Source of the DNA: Christensenellales bacterium
GTDB taxonomy: Bacteria > Bacillota > Clostridia > Christensenellales > JBMNTT01
Direction of reading: 5' to 3'
DNA length: 64,000 nucleotides
NCBI GenBank assembly: GCA_050945875.1
Contig: JBMNTT010000004.1
Location: forward strand, 8,238-72,237
Part shown: positions 42,944 to 51,653 of the stretch, one piece after another
How the letters are laid out: every line of letters starts with the position of its first letter
How positions within the stretch are numbered: position 1 is the stretch's first letter
Position numbers and translations under genes: made by a program
Notes under the pieces: model-generated
What the model saw: the letters and a program-made list of their open reading frames with translations, nothing else
Databases searched by the model: none
What the model was told of the DNA's origin: nothing

Positions 42944-43930
42944 TCACCGGGGGGCGGCGCGCAGGCGGCGGGCCAGGGCCTCGCCCCCCTGGCAGAGCAG
43001 CACGATGCCCACGCCCCCGGCCAGGCAGAGCAGCCGGTTGGCCACCGCCGCCGGCACGCTCATCAGCGCCATGGAGGCGTTCAGGGCGTTGACCGCGTTG
43101 ACGGCCTGCTTGTGGGGGTAGGCGGGCAGGAAGAAGCTGACGTAGCCGATGGCCAAGATCCCGATCAGGTTGTACGCCGGCGGGATCACCCACCGAAACA
43201 GCGGCACGAACAGCGCGATCCCCGCCAGCGTGCCCGCCGCGCGCTGGCCGATGCGCGCCCGGGTGGCCCGCCAGTCGATCTGGGTCAGGCTCATGGCCAC
43301 GATGCTGATCCACAGGGGCTTTTTCAGCCCCAGCAGGGCGGCCAGCAGCATCGCCCCGGCGACGCCCAGGCTCATGCGCGCCAGGTAGCCCCGCTGCCGG
43401 GCGCAGCGGCGCACCTGCTCCGCCCAGCCCAGCCCCTCGCGCCCGAACCCGTTGCGCCGCCAGAAAAACAGCGTCAGCGCCGCGGTCGCCGCCCCGCCCA
43501 GGGCCATGCCCGCCAGCCGCCTCGGGAAGGCCGCCATGGGCACCGGCGTGGCCTGGCAGAACACGAAGGCCAGCAGGAAGCACACCGCCGGCTTGCGCGC
43601 GTCGGGCTCGCAGGTCATCAGCTCGATGATCAGCACCATCCCCAGGTTCAGCGGGAAGGCCGCCCAGGCCGGCAGCAGCGCCGTCTGCCCCGCCAGCGCG
43701 CCGAGGGGCAGCAGCAGCGCCGCCGAGAAGGCCATGACCCCCGGCCGCACCCCGTAGTCCGTGAAGGGGATCAGCGTCGCCGCCAGCGCGGCCACCACCC
43801 CGGGCAGGGTGTTCTCCGCCCCGAAGACCTGGCCGAACACCCACACCAGCCCCAGGTTCAGCCCGAAGCGCACGGCGTTGCTCCCGGCCTGCCGCGCCAC
43901 ATGCGCCCACCGGTTTCGTCCCTGATGCAA
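42944..43930 (-). CDS. FUSC / aromatic-acid exporter family membrane protein
   Basis: The C-terminal 328 codons of the 501-aa track ORF. A TTG start at 43930 follows GGAAGGAG. It is polytopic and divergent from a MarR gene. Confidence 0.7.
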   Translation of the reverse strand: MHQGRNRWAHVARQAGSNAVRFGLNLGLVWVFGQVFGAENTLPGVVAALAATLIPFTDYGVRPGVMAFSAALLLPLGALAGQTALLPAWAAFPLNLGMVLIIELMTCEPDARKPAVCFLLAFVFCQATPVPMAAFPRRLAGMALGGAATAALTLFFWRRNGFGREGLGWAEQVRRCARQRGYLARMSLGVAGAMLLAALLGLKKPLWISIVAMSLTQIDWRATRARIGQRAAGTLAGIALFVPLFRWVIPPAYNLIGILAIGYVSFFLPAYPHKQAVNAVNALNASMALMSVPAAVANRLLCLAGGVGIVLLCQGGEALARRLRAAPR

Positions 43931-43983
43931 GACAATCCGCTCCTTCCGGCGCGGGCCGGCCTTGCGCGCCGGCCGCGCATTGT

Positions 43984-44019
43984 GTAAACTAAAGATGATA
44001 GTAAACTCTAATTTACTAT
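43984..44019. promoter_or_regulatory. Candidate MarR operator
   Basis: Inverted repeat ATAGTAAA-N6-TTTACTAT (43998-44019), plus an upstream GTAAACT direct copy at 43984-43990. Confidence 0.45.
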
Positions 44020-44059
44020 TATGGGCGCGGGGGCGGATTTTGTCAATCGGAGGAGACGG

Positions 44060-44494
44060 ATGCAAGCGGAGCGATTTGTCGAGGACCTGCTGCGGCTGCT
44101 GCCCTACTGGCACTACAAGGTGGACCGGCCCTTCAAGCAGTCCATCAAGCAGCGCATGACCCTGGAGACCTATTACAGCCTGCAGATGCTGCGCCATGGG
44201 GGGCCGGTGACCATGGGGCAGCTGTCGGCCAAGCTGGGCATGAGCAAGCAGCAGGCCACCAAGCTGGTGGACCGGCTCAGCCAGAGCGGCTTTGTCGAGC
44301 GGGTGGCCGACCCGGCGGACCGGCGGGCCGTGCGCATCCGGGCGACCGAGCGGGCCGAGGCCTACCTGGAGGCCACCTACCACCAGGACCGGGCCTTCTA
44401 CGACGCGCTGCGGGAGCGGGTGGGCGAGGCGGACCTTGAGCGCATGCACGGGGCGATCCAGACGCTGCTGGAGATCCTGCAGCGCATGCCCTGA
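44060..44494 (+). CDS. MarR family transcriptional regulator
   Basis: Trimmed to MQAERF (GGAGGA RBS). It has a winged HTH (MGQLSAKLGMSKQQATKLVDRL...DRRAVRI). Confidence 0.87.
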   Translation: MQAERFVEDLLRLLPYWHYKVDRPFKQSIKQRMTLETYYSLQMLRHGGPVTMGQLSAKLGMSKQQATKLVDRLSQSGFVERVADPADRRAVRIRATERAEAYLEATYHQDRAFYDALRERVGEADLERMHGAIQTLLEILQRMP

Positions 44495-44529
44495 CCGATT
44501 CCATCATCAGATTGAAAGGAGGGCGCGCC

Positions 44530-45324
44530 ATGGCCATGACGGTCTGTTCCCTGGCCAGCGGCTCCTCGGGCAACGCCACCCTGGTGGGCGCGGGGGGCAC
44601 CCGGGTGCTGGTGGACGCGGGCGTCAGCTGCAAGCGCATCTGCCAGCAGCTCGAGGCCCTGGGGGTGCACCCGGCCGAGCTGTCGGGCATTTTGGTCACC
44701 CATGAGCACGTGGACCACATCCGGGGCATCCGGGTGCTCAGCCGCAAATTCGGCCTGCCGGTGTACGCCAACGCGGGCACCTGGGCGGCCATGGCCGACC
44801 AGCTCGAGCTGCCCGCGTCCTCGGTGCGGGTGTTCGACACCGCCCACGATTTTTACATCGACAATCTGGCGGTGGAGAGCTTCGCCATCCCCCACGACGC
44901 GGCCGAGCCGGTGGGCTACTGCCTCTACAGCGGGGCGCACAAGGTCGCTCTGGCCACGGACATCGGGCACATGACCGAACAGATCGCCGGGCGGCTGCTG
45001 GGCAGCTCGCTGGTGCTGCTGGAGAGCAACCACGACGTGCAGATGGTGCTCGATGGGCCGTACCCTGAGCGGCTCAAGCGCCGCATCCTGGGCCAGAAGG
45101 GGCACCTGTCCAACGACGAGGCCGGCCGCACCCTGCTGAACCTGGCCAGAAGCGGGGTGCGCCACGCCCTGCTGGGCCACCTGAGCCAGCACAACAACAT
45201 CCCCGAGCTGGCCTACCAGACCGTCGCCCGGGAGCTGATTTCAGGCGGCGCGGTGCTGGGCCAGGATATGACCGTGGACATGACCTGGCGCGACCGGGCC
45301 GGCGCGCTCTACACCCTGAGGTGA
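44530..45324 (+). CDS. MBL-fold metallo-hydrolase (YycJ/WalJ-like)
   Basis: Trimmed to MAMTVCSLASGSSGNA. Contains the HxHxDH motif (THEHVDHI). Confidence 0.87.
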   Translation: MAMTVCSLASGSSGNATLVGAGGTRVLVDAGVSCKRICQQLEALGVHPAELSGILVTHEHVDHIRGIRVLSRKFGLPVYANAGTWAAMADQLELPASSVRVFDTAHDFYIDNLAVESFAIPHDAAEPVGYCLYSGAHKVALATDIGHMTEQIAGRLLGSSLVLLESNHDVQMVLDGPYPERLKRRILGQKGHLSNDEAGRTLLNLARSGVRHALLGHLSQHNNIPELAYQTVARELISGGAVLGQDMTVDMTWRDRAGALYTLR

Positions 45325-45327
45325 GCC

Positions 45328-45810
45328 ATGCAGCAGATCATCCTGGCGGCGGTCGGCCGCCTGAAGGAGCGCTACTGGCGCGAGGCGCTCGAGGAGTATG
45401 CCAAGCGCCTGTCCCGATTTTGCCGATTTTCCCTCGTGGAGGTGGCTGACGAGCCCGCTCCCGAGCGGCTCAGCCCCGCCCAGCGCGATCAGGTCAAGCG
45501 CGCCGAGGGGGCGCGGCTGATCGCCGCCCTGCCCGAGCGGGCCTATGTCGTCGCCCTGGACCTGGCCGGCCGGGAGATGGACTCCCCCGGCCTGGCGGGC
45601 AAGCTCGAGACCCTGGCCCTCTCGGGCCGGGACCGGGTGGCCTTTGTCATCGGCGGGTCCTGGGGGCTGGATCGGGCCGTGCTGGACCGGGCGGACGCGC
45701 GCTGGCGGCTGTCGGCGCTGACCTTCCCCCACCAGCTGTGCCGGGTGATGGTGGCCGAGCAGGTCTACCGCGCCTACACCATCCTGAAAGGAGCGCCCTA
45801 CCACAAATGA
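45328..45810 (+). CDS. rlmH: 23S rRNA (pseudouridine1915-N3)-methyltransferase
   Basis: 160 aa, SPOUT fold, with the C-terminal FPHQLCRVMVAEQVYRAYTILKGAPYHK. Confidence 0.93.
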   Translation: MQQIILAAVGRLKERYWREALEEYAKRLSRFCRFSLVEVADEPAPERLSPAQRDQVKRAEGARLIAALPERAYVVALDLAGREMDSPGLAGKLETLALSGRDRVAFVIGGSWGLDRAVLDRADARWRLSALTFPHQLCRVMVAEQVYRAYTILKGAPYHK

Positions 45811-46280
45811 GCGACGCCGATCTGTCCGCCGCGGCCGAGCTGGCCATGGCCGCCGCCCTGGACCAGGCCCGCCTGGCCCTCTTGGCCGGGGAGGTGCCCG
45901 TGGGCGCGGCGGTGGCGCGCGCCGGGCGGGTCATCGCCGCCGCCCACAACCGCCGCCAGGGGGGGGACCCCCTGGCCCATGCCGAGCTGATCGCCCTGGG
46001 CCAGGCCGCCCGCGCCGTGGGGGATTGGCGGCTTTCGGACTGCCTGCTGGCCGTCACGCTGGAGCCCTGCCCCATGTGCGCCGGGGCGATGGTCATGGCC
46101 CGGCTGGGGACGCTGGTTTTCGGCGCGTACGACCCGGCCTACGGCTGCGGGGGCAGCGCCCTGAACCTGACCGAGCGGGCGGGCTTCCCCTGGCGGGTGC
46201 GCACCGTCGGCGGCTGGCGGGAGGCGGCGTGCGCCGCGATGCTGCGGGATTTCTTTGCCGAGAGGAGAGCTGACCCATGA
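45807..46280 (+). CDS. tadA: tRNA adenosine(34) deaminase
   Basis: ATGA overlap with rlmH. Contains the HAE and PCPMCAGA zinc motifs. Confidence 0.9.
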   Translation: MSDADLSAAAELAMAAALDQARLALLAGEVPVGAAVARAGRVIAAAHNRRQGGDPLAHAELIALGQAARAVGDWRLSDCLLAVTLEPCPMCAGAMVMARLGTLVFGAYDPAYGCGGSALNLTERAGFPWRVRTVGGWREAACAAMLRDFFAERRADP

Positions 46281-46753
46281 TTCGAAGCGCGCGCCCGGCC
46301 GACGCCTCGCGCCTGGCGGAGACGCTGATCTTCGCCAAGCGCGTCGCCTACAGGCCGATCTTTCAGGACGACGCGGTCTCCTTCAACCAGATGCAGGTGC
46401 TGGCGCTGGCCCTGCGCTTGCGGGACGACCCCGACGCCCTGCGGGACGTGTATGTGTATGACGATGGCATCGTCAAGGGCATGATGCGCTGGGGCCGGGA
46501 GTCCGGAGCGCGCCAGCTGAGCGAGCTCTACGTCGATCCCTTCTTCCAGGGCCAGGGCGTGGGCCGCGCGCTGATGGACCATTTCCTCGCCTGCGCCCGG
46601 GCCGACGGCGCGCCCCGGGTCTACCTGTGGGTGCTCGAGGACAACCGGGCCGCCCGCGCCTTCTACGAGCGGGCGGACCTATCCCCCGACGGGGAGCGGC
46701 GGCTTGAGCCGGGCACGGACAAGTACCTGTTGCGCTACGCCGCCGCGCTGTGA
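46277..46753 (+). CDS. GNAT family N-acetyltransferase
   Basis: 158 aa with the FQGQGVGRALM acetyl-CoA motif. ATGA overlap with tadA. Confidence 0.85.
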   Translation: MIRSARPADASRLAETLIFAKRVAYRPIFQDDAVSFNQMQVLALALRLRDDPDALRDVYVYDDGIVKGMMRWGRESGARQLSELYVDPFFQGQGVGRALMDHFLACARADGAPRVYLWVLEDNRAARAFYERADLSPDGERRLEPGTDKYLLRYAAAL

Positions 46754-46786
46754 CCTGATCGCGCCTGGCGCCCGCTGGCCTGCCGC

Positions 46787-46897
46787 GAGCCCTCGCGCCG
46801 CGCGGCGCCCGCTCCCCCGCGCTGCGCCTGTGCCCGGCCGCGCTCACTGGCCCCGAGCCCTCGTGCCCGCTCCCCCGCGCTGCCTGCCCTCGCCCCG
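46787..46897. repeat. GC-rich imperfect direct repeats after the GNAT gene
   Basis: The 19-bp exact core GCCCGCTCCCCCGCGCTGC occurs at 46807-46825 and 46865-46883 within longer GAGCCCTCG... units. GCCCTCGCCCCG occurs at 46886 and 46906. Confidence 0.8.
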
Positions 46898-46909
46898 TCA
46901 TGTCCCGCC

Positions 46910-46945
46910 CTCGCCCCGAATACACTCTTCGGGGCGAGTTTTTTT
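46910..46945 (+). terminator. Intrinsic terminator
   Basis: CTCGCCCCGAA-loop-TTCGGGGCGAG followed by TTTTTTT. Confidence 0.75.
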
Positions 46946-46965
46946 GTGCAGAGGGGGCGGGGCCG

Positions 46966-48321
46966 GTGCTCGAGCGGGTGATCGACGCGGTGGACGGCTT
47001 TGTGTGGGGGCCGGTGATGTGCGCGCTCTTGGTGGGCTGCGGGGTTTATCTCTCCATCCGCCTGGGCTTTTTGCAGGTCGTCCGCCTGCCCACGGTGCTG
47101 CGGGAGACCTTCGGCACGCTGTTCTCCCGCAAGCGCCGCCGGGCGCGGGCGGGCAGCATCACGCCCTTCCAGGCGCTGTCCACGGCGCTGGCGGGCACCA
47201 TGGGCACCGGCAACATCGTCGGCGTGGCCACGGCCATCGTCGCGGGCGGGCCGGGGGCGGTGTTCTGGATGTGGGTGTCGGCGCTGTTCGGCATGGTGAC
47301 CAAGTACGCCGAGGTGGTGCTGTCGCTGCGCTTTCGCCGACGCAACGGCCGGGGCCAGTGGGTGGGCGGGCCGATGTACGTGCTGCGCGATGGGCTGGGC
47401 CTGCCCCGACTGGGCGGCCTGTACGCGCTCTTGGGGCTGGTGGCCTCCTTCGGCATCGGCAACATGACCCAGGTCAACGCCATCTCCGGGGCGCTCTCGG
47501 CCACCTTCGGCGCGCCGGAGCTGATCGTGGGCCTACTGTGCGCCGGGCTGCTGGCGCTGGTCATTCTGGGCGGGGTCAAGCGCATCGCCAAGGTCGCCGA
47601 GGCGCTGGTGCCCGCCATGAGCCTGTTCTACCTGGCGTGCGTGGCGGGCGCGCTGGTTTTCTACCGCCAAGCCCTGCCCGGGGCGATCGGCATGATCTTC
47701 TCCAGCGCCTTCACGCCCACCGCCGCCATCGGGGGCGTGGCGGGCTATACGGTGCGCCAGGCCCTGGCCGTGGGCGTGGCCCGGGGGGTGTTCACCAACG
47801 AGGCCGGCCTGGGCAGCGCGGCCATCGCCCACGCCGCGGCCGACACCGACAGCCCGGTGCGCCAGGGGTTTTGGGGGATCACCGAGGTGGGGGTGGATAC
47901 CCTGGTCAGCTGCACGCTCACGGCGCTGGTCATCCTGTCCTCGGGCCTGTGGCAGGGGGGCAGCGACGGGGCGGCGCTGTCCACGGCGGCGTTCTCGGCG
48001 GTGTACGGCAGCCTGGGCGGGGTGATGGTCAGCGTGGCGCTGGTGTTTTTCGCCTTCTCCTCGATGCTGGGGTGGAGCTACTACGGCGAGCGCTGCCTGG
48101 AGTACCTGACGGGCGGGCGGGGGCTGCTGCTCTACCGGCTGCTGTTTTTGGCGGCGGTGGTGGTCGGGGCGGTGATGCAGGTGGGCCTGGTGTGGAAGCT
48201 CTCCGACGCGTTCAACGGCCTGATGGCCCTGCCCAACCTGGTGGCGGTGCTCGGGCTGAGCCCCCTGGTGATCAAGCTCACCCGGGAGGCCTTCGCCCGG
48301 GGCGGGTCGCGTCCCCAGTAG
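46966..48321 (+). CDS. Alanine/glycine:cation symporter (AGCS family)
   Basis: Track ORF 46900..48321 trimmed past the terminator to a GTG at 46966; this start is uncertain. It is polytopic and contains the AGCS signature GTGNIVGVATAI. Confidence 0.85.
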   Translation: MLERVIDAVDGFVWGPVMCALLVGCGVYLSIRLGFLQVVRLPTVLRETFGTLFSRKRRRARAGSITPFQALSTALAGTMGTGNIVGVATAIVAGGPGAVFWMWVSALFGMVTKYAEVVLSLRFRRRNGRGQWVGGPMYVLRDGLGLPRLGGLYALLGLVASFGIGNMTQVNAISGALSATFGAPELIVGLLCAGLLALVILGGVKRIAKVAEALVPAMSLFYLACVAGALVFYRQALPGAIGMIFSSAFTPTAAIGGVAGYTVRQALAVGVARGVFTNEAGLGSAAIAHAAADTDSPVRQGFWGITEVGVDTLVSCTLTALVILSSGLWQGGSDGAALSTAAFSAVYGSLGGVMVSVALVFFAFSSMLGWSYYGERCLEYLTGGRGLLLYRLLFLAAVVVGAVMQVGLVWKLSDAFNGLMALPNLVAVLGLSPLVIKLTREAFARGGSRPQ

Positions 48322-48376
48322 CGCGGCGCAGGCGACTGTGCTATAATGGGGGGAATCAGACAAGGAGGTGAGCTCG

Positions 48377-49096
48377 ATGCATATCCAGGTTTTCGACAGC
48401 GTGGAGAGGGCCGACCGCGCCGCGCTGGCGGGCCGGACCGCCGTGGTCATCGATGTGCTCAGGGCCACCAGCGTCATGGTCACCGCCCTGTGCCACGGGG
48501 CGCGGCGCATCCTGCCCGTGGTGGACGTGGACCAGGCCGAGGCCCTGGCCCGGGGTCGAATGCCCCGGCCCCTGCTCGGGGGCGAGCGGGGCGGGGTCAA
48601 GCTGCCGGGGTTCGACCTGTCCAATTCCCCGGCGGAGTACACCGCCGACCGGGTGGCCGGGCGGGAGATCGTCATCTCCACGACCAACGGCACCCGGGCG
48701 ATCGACCTGGCCGCGGGGGCGGACAAGCTGTTTCTGGCCTGCTATGGCAACGTCTCGGCGGTGGCCGAGGCGCTCTTGGCCCGGGGGCAGGATGTGGTGA
48801 TCCTGTGCGCGGGCACGGCGGGCCGGTTTTCCCTGGACGATATCCTGTGCGCCGGCGCGCTGATCGACGCGCTGGCCGCCCGGGGGGCCATATCCCTGGA
48901 GGACGTGGGCCAGGCGTGCCTGATGTGCTACCGGGGCTGCGCCGGGCGGGAGCTGGAGGCGCTGGATAGCTGCGCGCACGCGGCCAAGCTGCGCCGGATC
49001 GGCTACGGGGCGGATATCGCCCTGTGTTTCACCAAGGACGTGTTCAGGGGGGTGCCCGTGTTTGAGGACGGGGTCATCCGCCTGATGGAAAATTGA
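48377..49096 (+). CDS. 2-phosphosulfolactate phosphatase (ComB) family protein
   Basis: Trimmed to MHIQVFDS (AAGGAGG RBS). Contains VIDVLRATS and GFDLSNSP family motifs. Confidence 0.83.
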   Translation: MHIQVFDSVERADRAALAGRTAVVIDVLRATSVMVTALCHGARRILPVVDVDQAEALARGRMPRPLLGGERGGVKLPGFDLSNSPAEYTADRVAGREIVISTTNGTRAIDLAAGADKLFLACYGNVSAVAEALLARGQDVVILCAGTAGRFSLDDILCAGALIDALAARGAISLEDVGQACLMCYRGCAGRELEALDSCAHAAKLRRIGYGADIALCFTKDVFRGVPVFEDGVIRLMEN

Positions 49097-49107
49097 GAGG
49101 TGCGAAG

Positions 49108-50265
49108 ATGCAGAAATCCTTTGACGAGATCAACGAAAAAATCCAGTCCGGCAAGGTGGTGGTGGTCACCGCCGAGGAGGTGGTCGCCATGGCCGCCGAG
49201 CAGGGCGTGGAGAAGACCGCCCAGCAGGTCGACGTGGTCACCTGCGCCACCTTCGGGGCGATGTGCTCCTCGGGCGCGTTCATCAACTTCGGCCACAGCG
49301 ACGAGCCCATTCGCATGGCCAAGGTCAGCCTGAACGACGTGCCCCTGTGCGCCGGGCTGGCGGCGGTGGACGCCTTCATCGGCGCGACCGAGCTGAGCGA
49401 CACCCAGGGCATGAACTACGGCGGGGCCCACGTCATCTCCGACCTGATCGCGGGCAAGCGCATGCACCTGAAGGCCTGGAGCTACGGCACTGACTGCTAC
49501 CCCAAGACCGATATCGACACCTACATCGATATCCACAGCGTCAACCAGGCCTACATGTTCAACCCCCGCAACTGCTACCAGAACTACAACGCCGCCACCA
49601 ACAGCACCGAGCGCATGCTGCACACCTACATGGGCGCCCTGCTGCCCAACCTGGGCAACGTCACCTACTCCACCTCCGGGGAGCTCTCCCCCCTGCTCAA
49701 GGACCCCGAGCTGCGCACCATCGGCGTGGGCACCCGCATCTTCATGGGCGGGGCCCAGGGCTATGTGGCCTGGCAGGGCACCCAGCATGTCTCAAACGTC
49801 CAGCCCGTGTCGGGCGGGGTCAACCAGTACTCCGGCGGCACCCTGGCGCTGATCGGCGACATGAAACAGATGAACCCCCGCTACGTGCGCGGGGCGACCA
49901 TGGAGGGCTACGGGGTGACCATGTTCATGGGCGTGGGCATCCCGGTGCCGGTGCTGGACGCGGACCTGCTGGCCCAGCTGGCCGTGCCCAACCGCCTGCT
50001 GTTCACCGACGTGTACGATTATTCGGTTCCCAGCCGGTCCCGGCCCACTTTCTGCAAGGTGTCCTATGAGCAGCTGCGCAGCGGCAGCATTGAGCTCAAC
50101 GGCAAAAAGACGCCCACCTCGCCCCTGTCGAGCCTGAAAATGGCCCGGGAGATCGCCCAGCTGCTCAAGGACCAGATCGCCCGGGGCGAGTTCCTGCTGC
50201 AGGCCCCCATCCAGGCCCTGCCCAAGGACAATGTCAACCAGTCGCTCAAGGAGGTAGAGGCATGA
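49108..50265 (+). CDS. COG1900/DUF39 homocysteine biosynthesis protein
   Basis: Trimmed to MQKSFDEINEKI. Family recognised by DVVTCATFG and the overall pattern. Confidence 0.83.
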   Translation: MQKSFDEINEKIQSGKVVVVTAEEVVAMAAEQGVEKTAQQVDVVTCATFGAMCSSGAFINFGHSDEPIRMAKVSLNDVPLCAGLAAVDAFIGATELSDTQGMNYGGAHVISDLIAGKRMHLKAWSYGTDCYPKTDIDTYIDIHSVNQAYMFNPRNCYQNYNAATNSTERMLHTYMGALLPNLGNVTYSTSGELSPLLKDPELRTIGVGTRIFMGGAQGYVAWQGTQHVSNVQPVSGGVNQYSGGTLALIGDMKQMNPRYVRGATMEGYGVTMFMGVGIPVPVLDADLLAQLAVPNRLLFTDVYDYSVPSRSRPTFCKVSYEQLRSGSIELNGKKTPTSPLSSLKMAREIAQLLKDQIARGEFLLQAPIQALPKDNVNQSLKEVEA

Positions 50266-50678
50266 AGAAAACCATCAAGGTCCGTCTGTATTTCCCGCCC
50301 GACGGGGTGGAGCAGCCCGTCACCTACCGCCTGAGCAAGGATTACGACCTGGTCTTCAGCATCCTGCAGGCCGAGATCTCCTCGGGCCGCACCGGCAAGC
50401 TCACCCTGGAGCTGACCGGCGAGGCCGACAACGTCGCCGCCGCCCTGGACTACCTGGCCGGCTTGAACATCCGCACCCGCATCTTCACCAAGAGCATCCT
50501 GTGGAACCAGGACCGCTGCGTGCACTGCGGCGCGTGCACCGCGGTGTGTCCCAGCCAGGCGCTGCACATGGACCCGGAGAGCTGGGAGCTCAAGTTCGAC
50601 CAGGACAAGTGCCTGATCTGTGAGAAGTGCATCACCGCCTGCCCCTTCAAGGCGATGGATGTGGATATCTTCGCCTGA
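50262..50678 (+). CDS. NIL domain / 2x[4Fe-4S] ferredoxin fusion protein
   Basis: 138 aa with an N-terminal NIL-like domain, then CVHCGACTAVCP and CLICEKCITACP. ATGA overlap with the upstream gene. Confidence 0.83.
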   Translation: MKKTIKVRLYFPPDGVEQPVTYRLSKDYDLVFSILQAEISSGRTGKLTLELTGEADNVAAALDYLAGLNIRTRIFTKSILWNQDRCVHCGACTAVCPSQALHMDPESWELKFDQDKCLICEKCITACPFKAMDVDIFA

Positions 50679-51418
50679 TGGCCGGCGACGGCGTGGCGCG
50701 GGACTACCGCGCTTGGCACCGGGGCGCGGGGCTGACCTATTTCCGCGTGGCGGTGGGGGAGAGCGATCTGCACATCGGCGCGAGGCGCGCCCTGGCCGGG
50801 CCCGCCCAAAAGGCCCTGACCGCCCTTCGGGACCAGCTGACCGGCTACATCGCCCAGCACCCGGATTTTCTCACCAGCCTTGCGCCCCTGGCGGTTGAGG
50901 CGGACGCGCCCCCGCTGGTGTGCGCCATGGCCGCGGCGGGCCGGGCGGCCGGGGTGGGGCCCATGGCCGCGGTGGCCGGGGCCATCGCCCAGCGGGTGGC
51001 CGAGGCGCTGCTGCCCGAGAGCGACGAGGTGGTGGTGGAGAACGGGGGGGACCTGTACCTGTGGGGCCGGACGCCCCGGGTCGCCGCCCTGTACGCCGGG
51101 GCGGACCATCCCCTCACCGGGCGGGTCGGCCTGCGGCTGACGGCGGAGCATCTGCCCATGGGGGTGTGCACCTCCTCGGGCACCCTGGGCCCCTCGCGCA
51201 GCTTCGGCCGGGCCGACGCGGCCATGGCCCTGTCGCCCGACGGCGCCCTGGCCGACGCGGTCGCCACCGCCCTGGGCAACCGGGTGCGGACCGCGCAGGA
51301 CCTGGAGGGCGCGGTGGCCTGGGCGGCGGGCCTGCCCGGCATGACCGGGGCCCTGGCGCTGTGCCAGGGGCGGCTGGCGGCTGCCGGGCGGCTGGAGCTG
51401 GTGCGGCTGCGGGCGTGA
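50678..51418 (+). CDS. UPF0280 / COG2122 (ApbE-like) family protein
   Basis: Track ORF trimmed to the ATG at 50678, which overlaps the upstream stop (TGATG). Contains GVGPMAAVAGAIA and ENGGDLY motifs. Confidence 0.78.
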   Translation: MAGDGVARDYRAWHRGAGLTYFRVAVGESDLHIGARRALAGPAQKALTALRDQLTGYIAQHPDFLTSLAPLAVEADAPPLVCAMAAAGRAAGVGPMAAVAGAIAQRVAEALLPESDEVVVENGGDLYLWGRTPRVAALYAGADHPLTGRVGLRLTAEHLPMGVCTSSGTLGPSRSFGRADAAMALSPDGALADAVATALGNRVRTAQDLEGAVAWAAGLPGMTGALALCQGRLAAAGRLELVRLRA

Positions 51419-51424
51419 GCGGTA

Positions 51425-51520
51425 GCCGGGCGGTCGTCGGGCGCGCTTGCCGTCGGGCGCTGGCTGGCCGGGCGGTCGTCGGGCGCGCTTGCCGTCGGGC
51501 GCTGGCTGGCCGGGCGGTGG
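51425..51520. repeat. 42-bp tandem repeat, about 2.3 copies
   Basis: GCCGGGCGGTCGTCGGGCGCGCTTGCCGTCGGGCGCTGGCTG at 51425-51466 and 51467-51508, with a partial copy to 51520. Confidence 0.9.
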
Positions 51521-51653
51521 TGAACCGAGCTTTGCGGGAGAGCGGCGGGGCCGTTCTCCCACTTTTTTGTCCCCGCCCCAGGTGACGGTTTCTTTCGTTG
51601 AGCCGGGCGGGCGGGGCATGCTATAACGGAAGGGATGGAGAGGAGGTACGCGC

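Noticed and set aside
46704-48371. 555-aa plus-strand ORF in an alternative frame, and the minus-strand ORF at 47533..48726
   Set aside because: The alternative frame and strand overlap the AGCS symporter, whose frame gives a coherent polytopic protein. The alternative products are Arg/Gly/Pro-rich.
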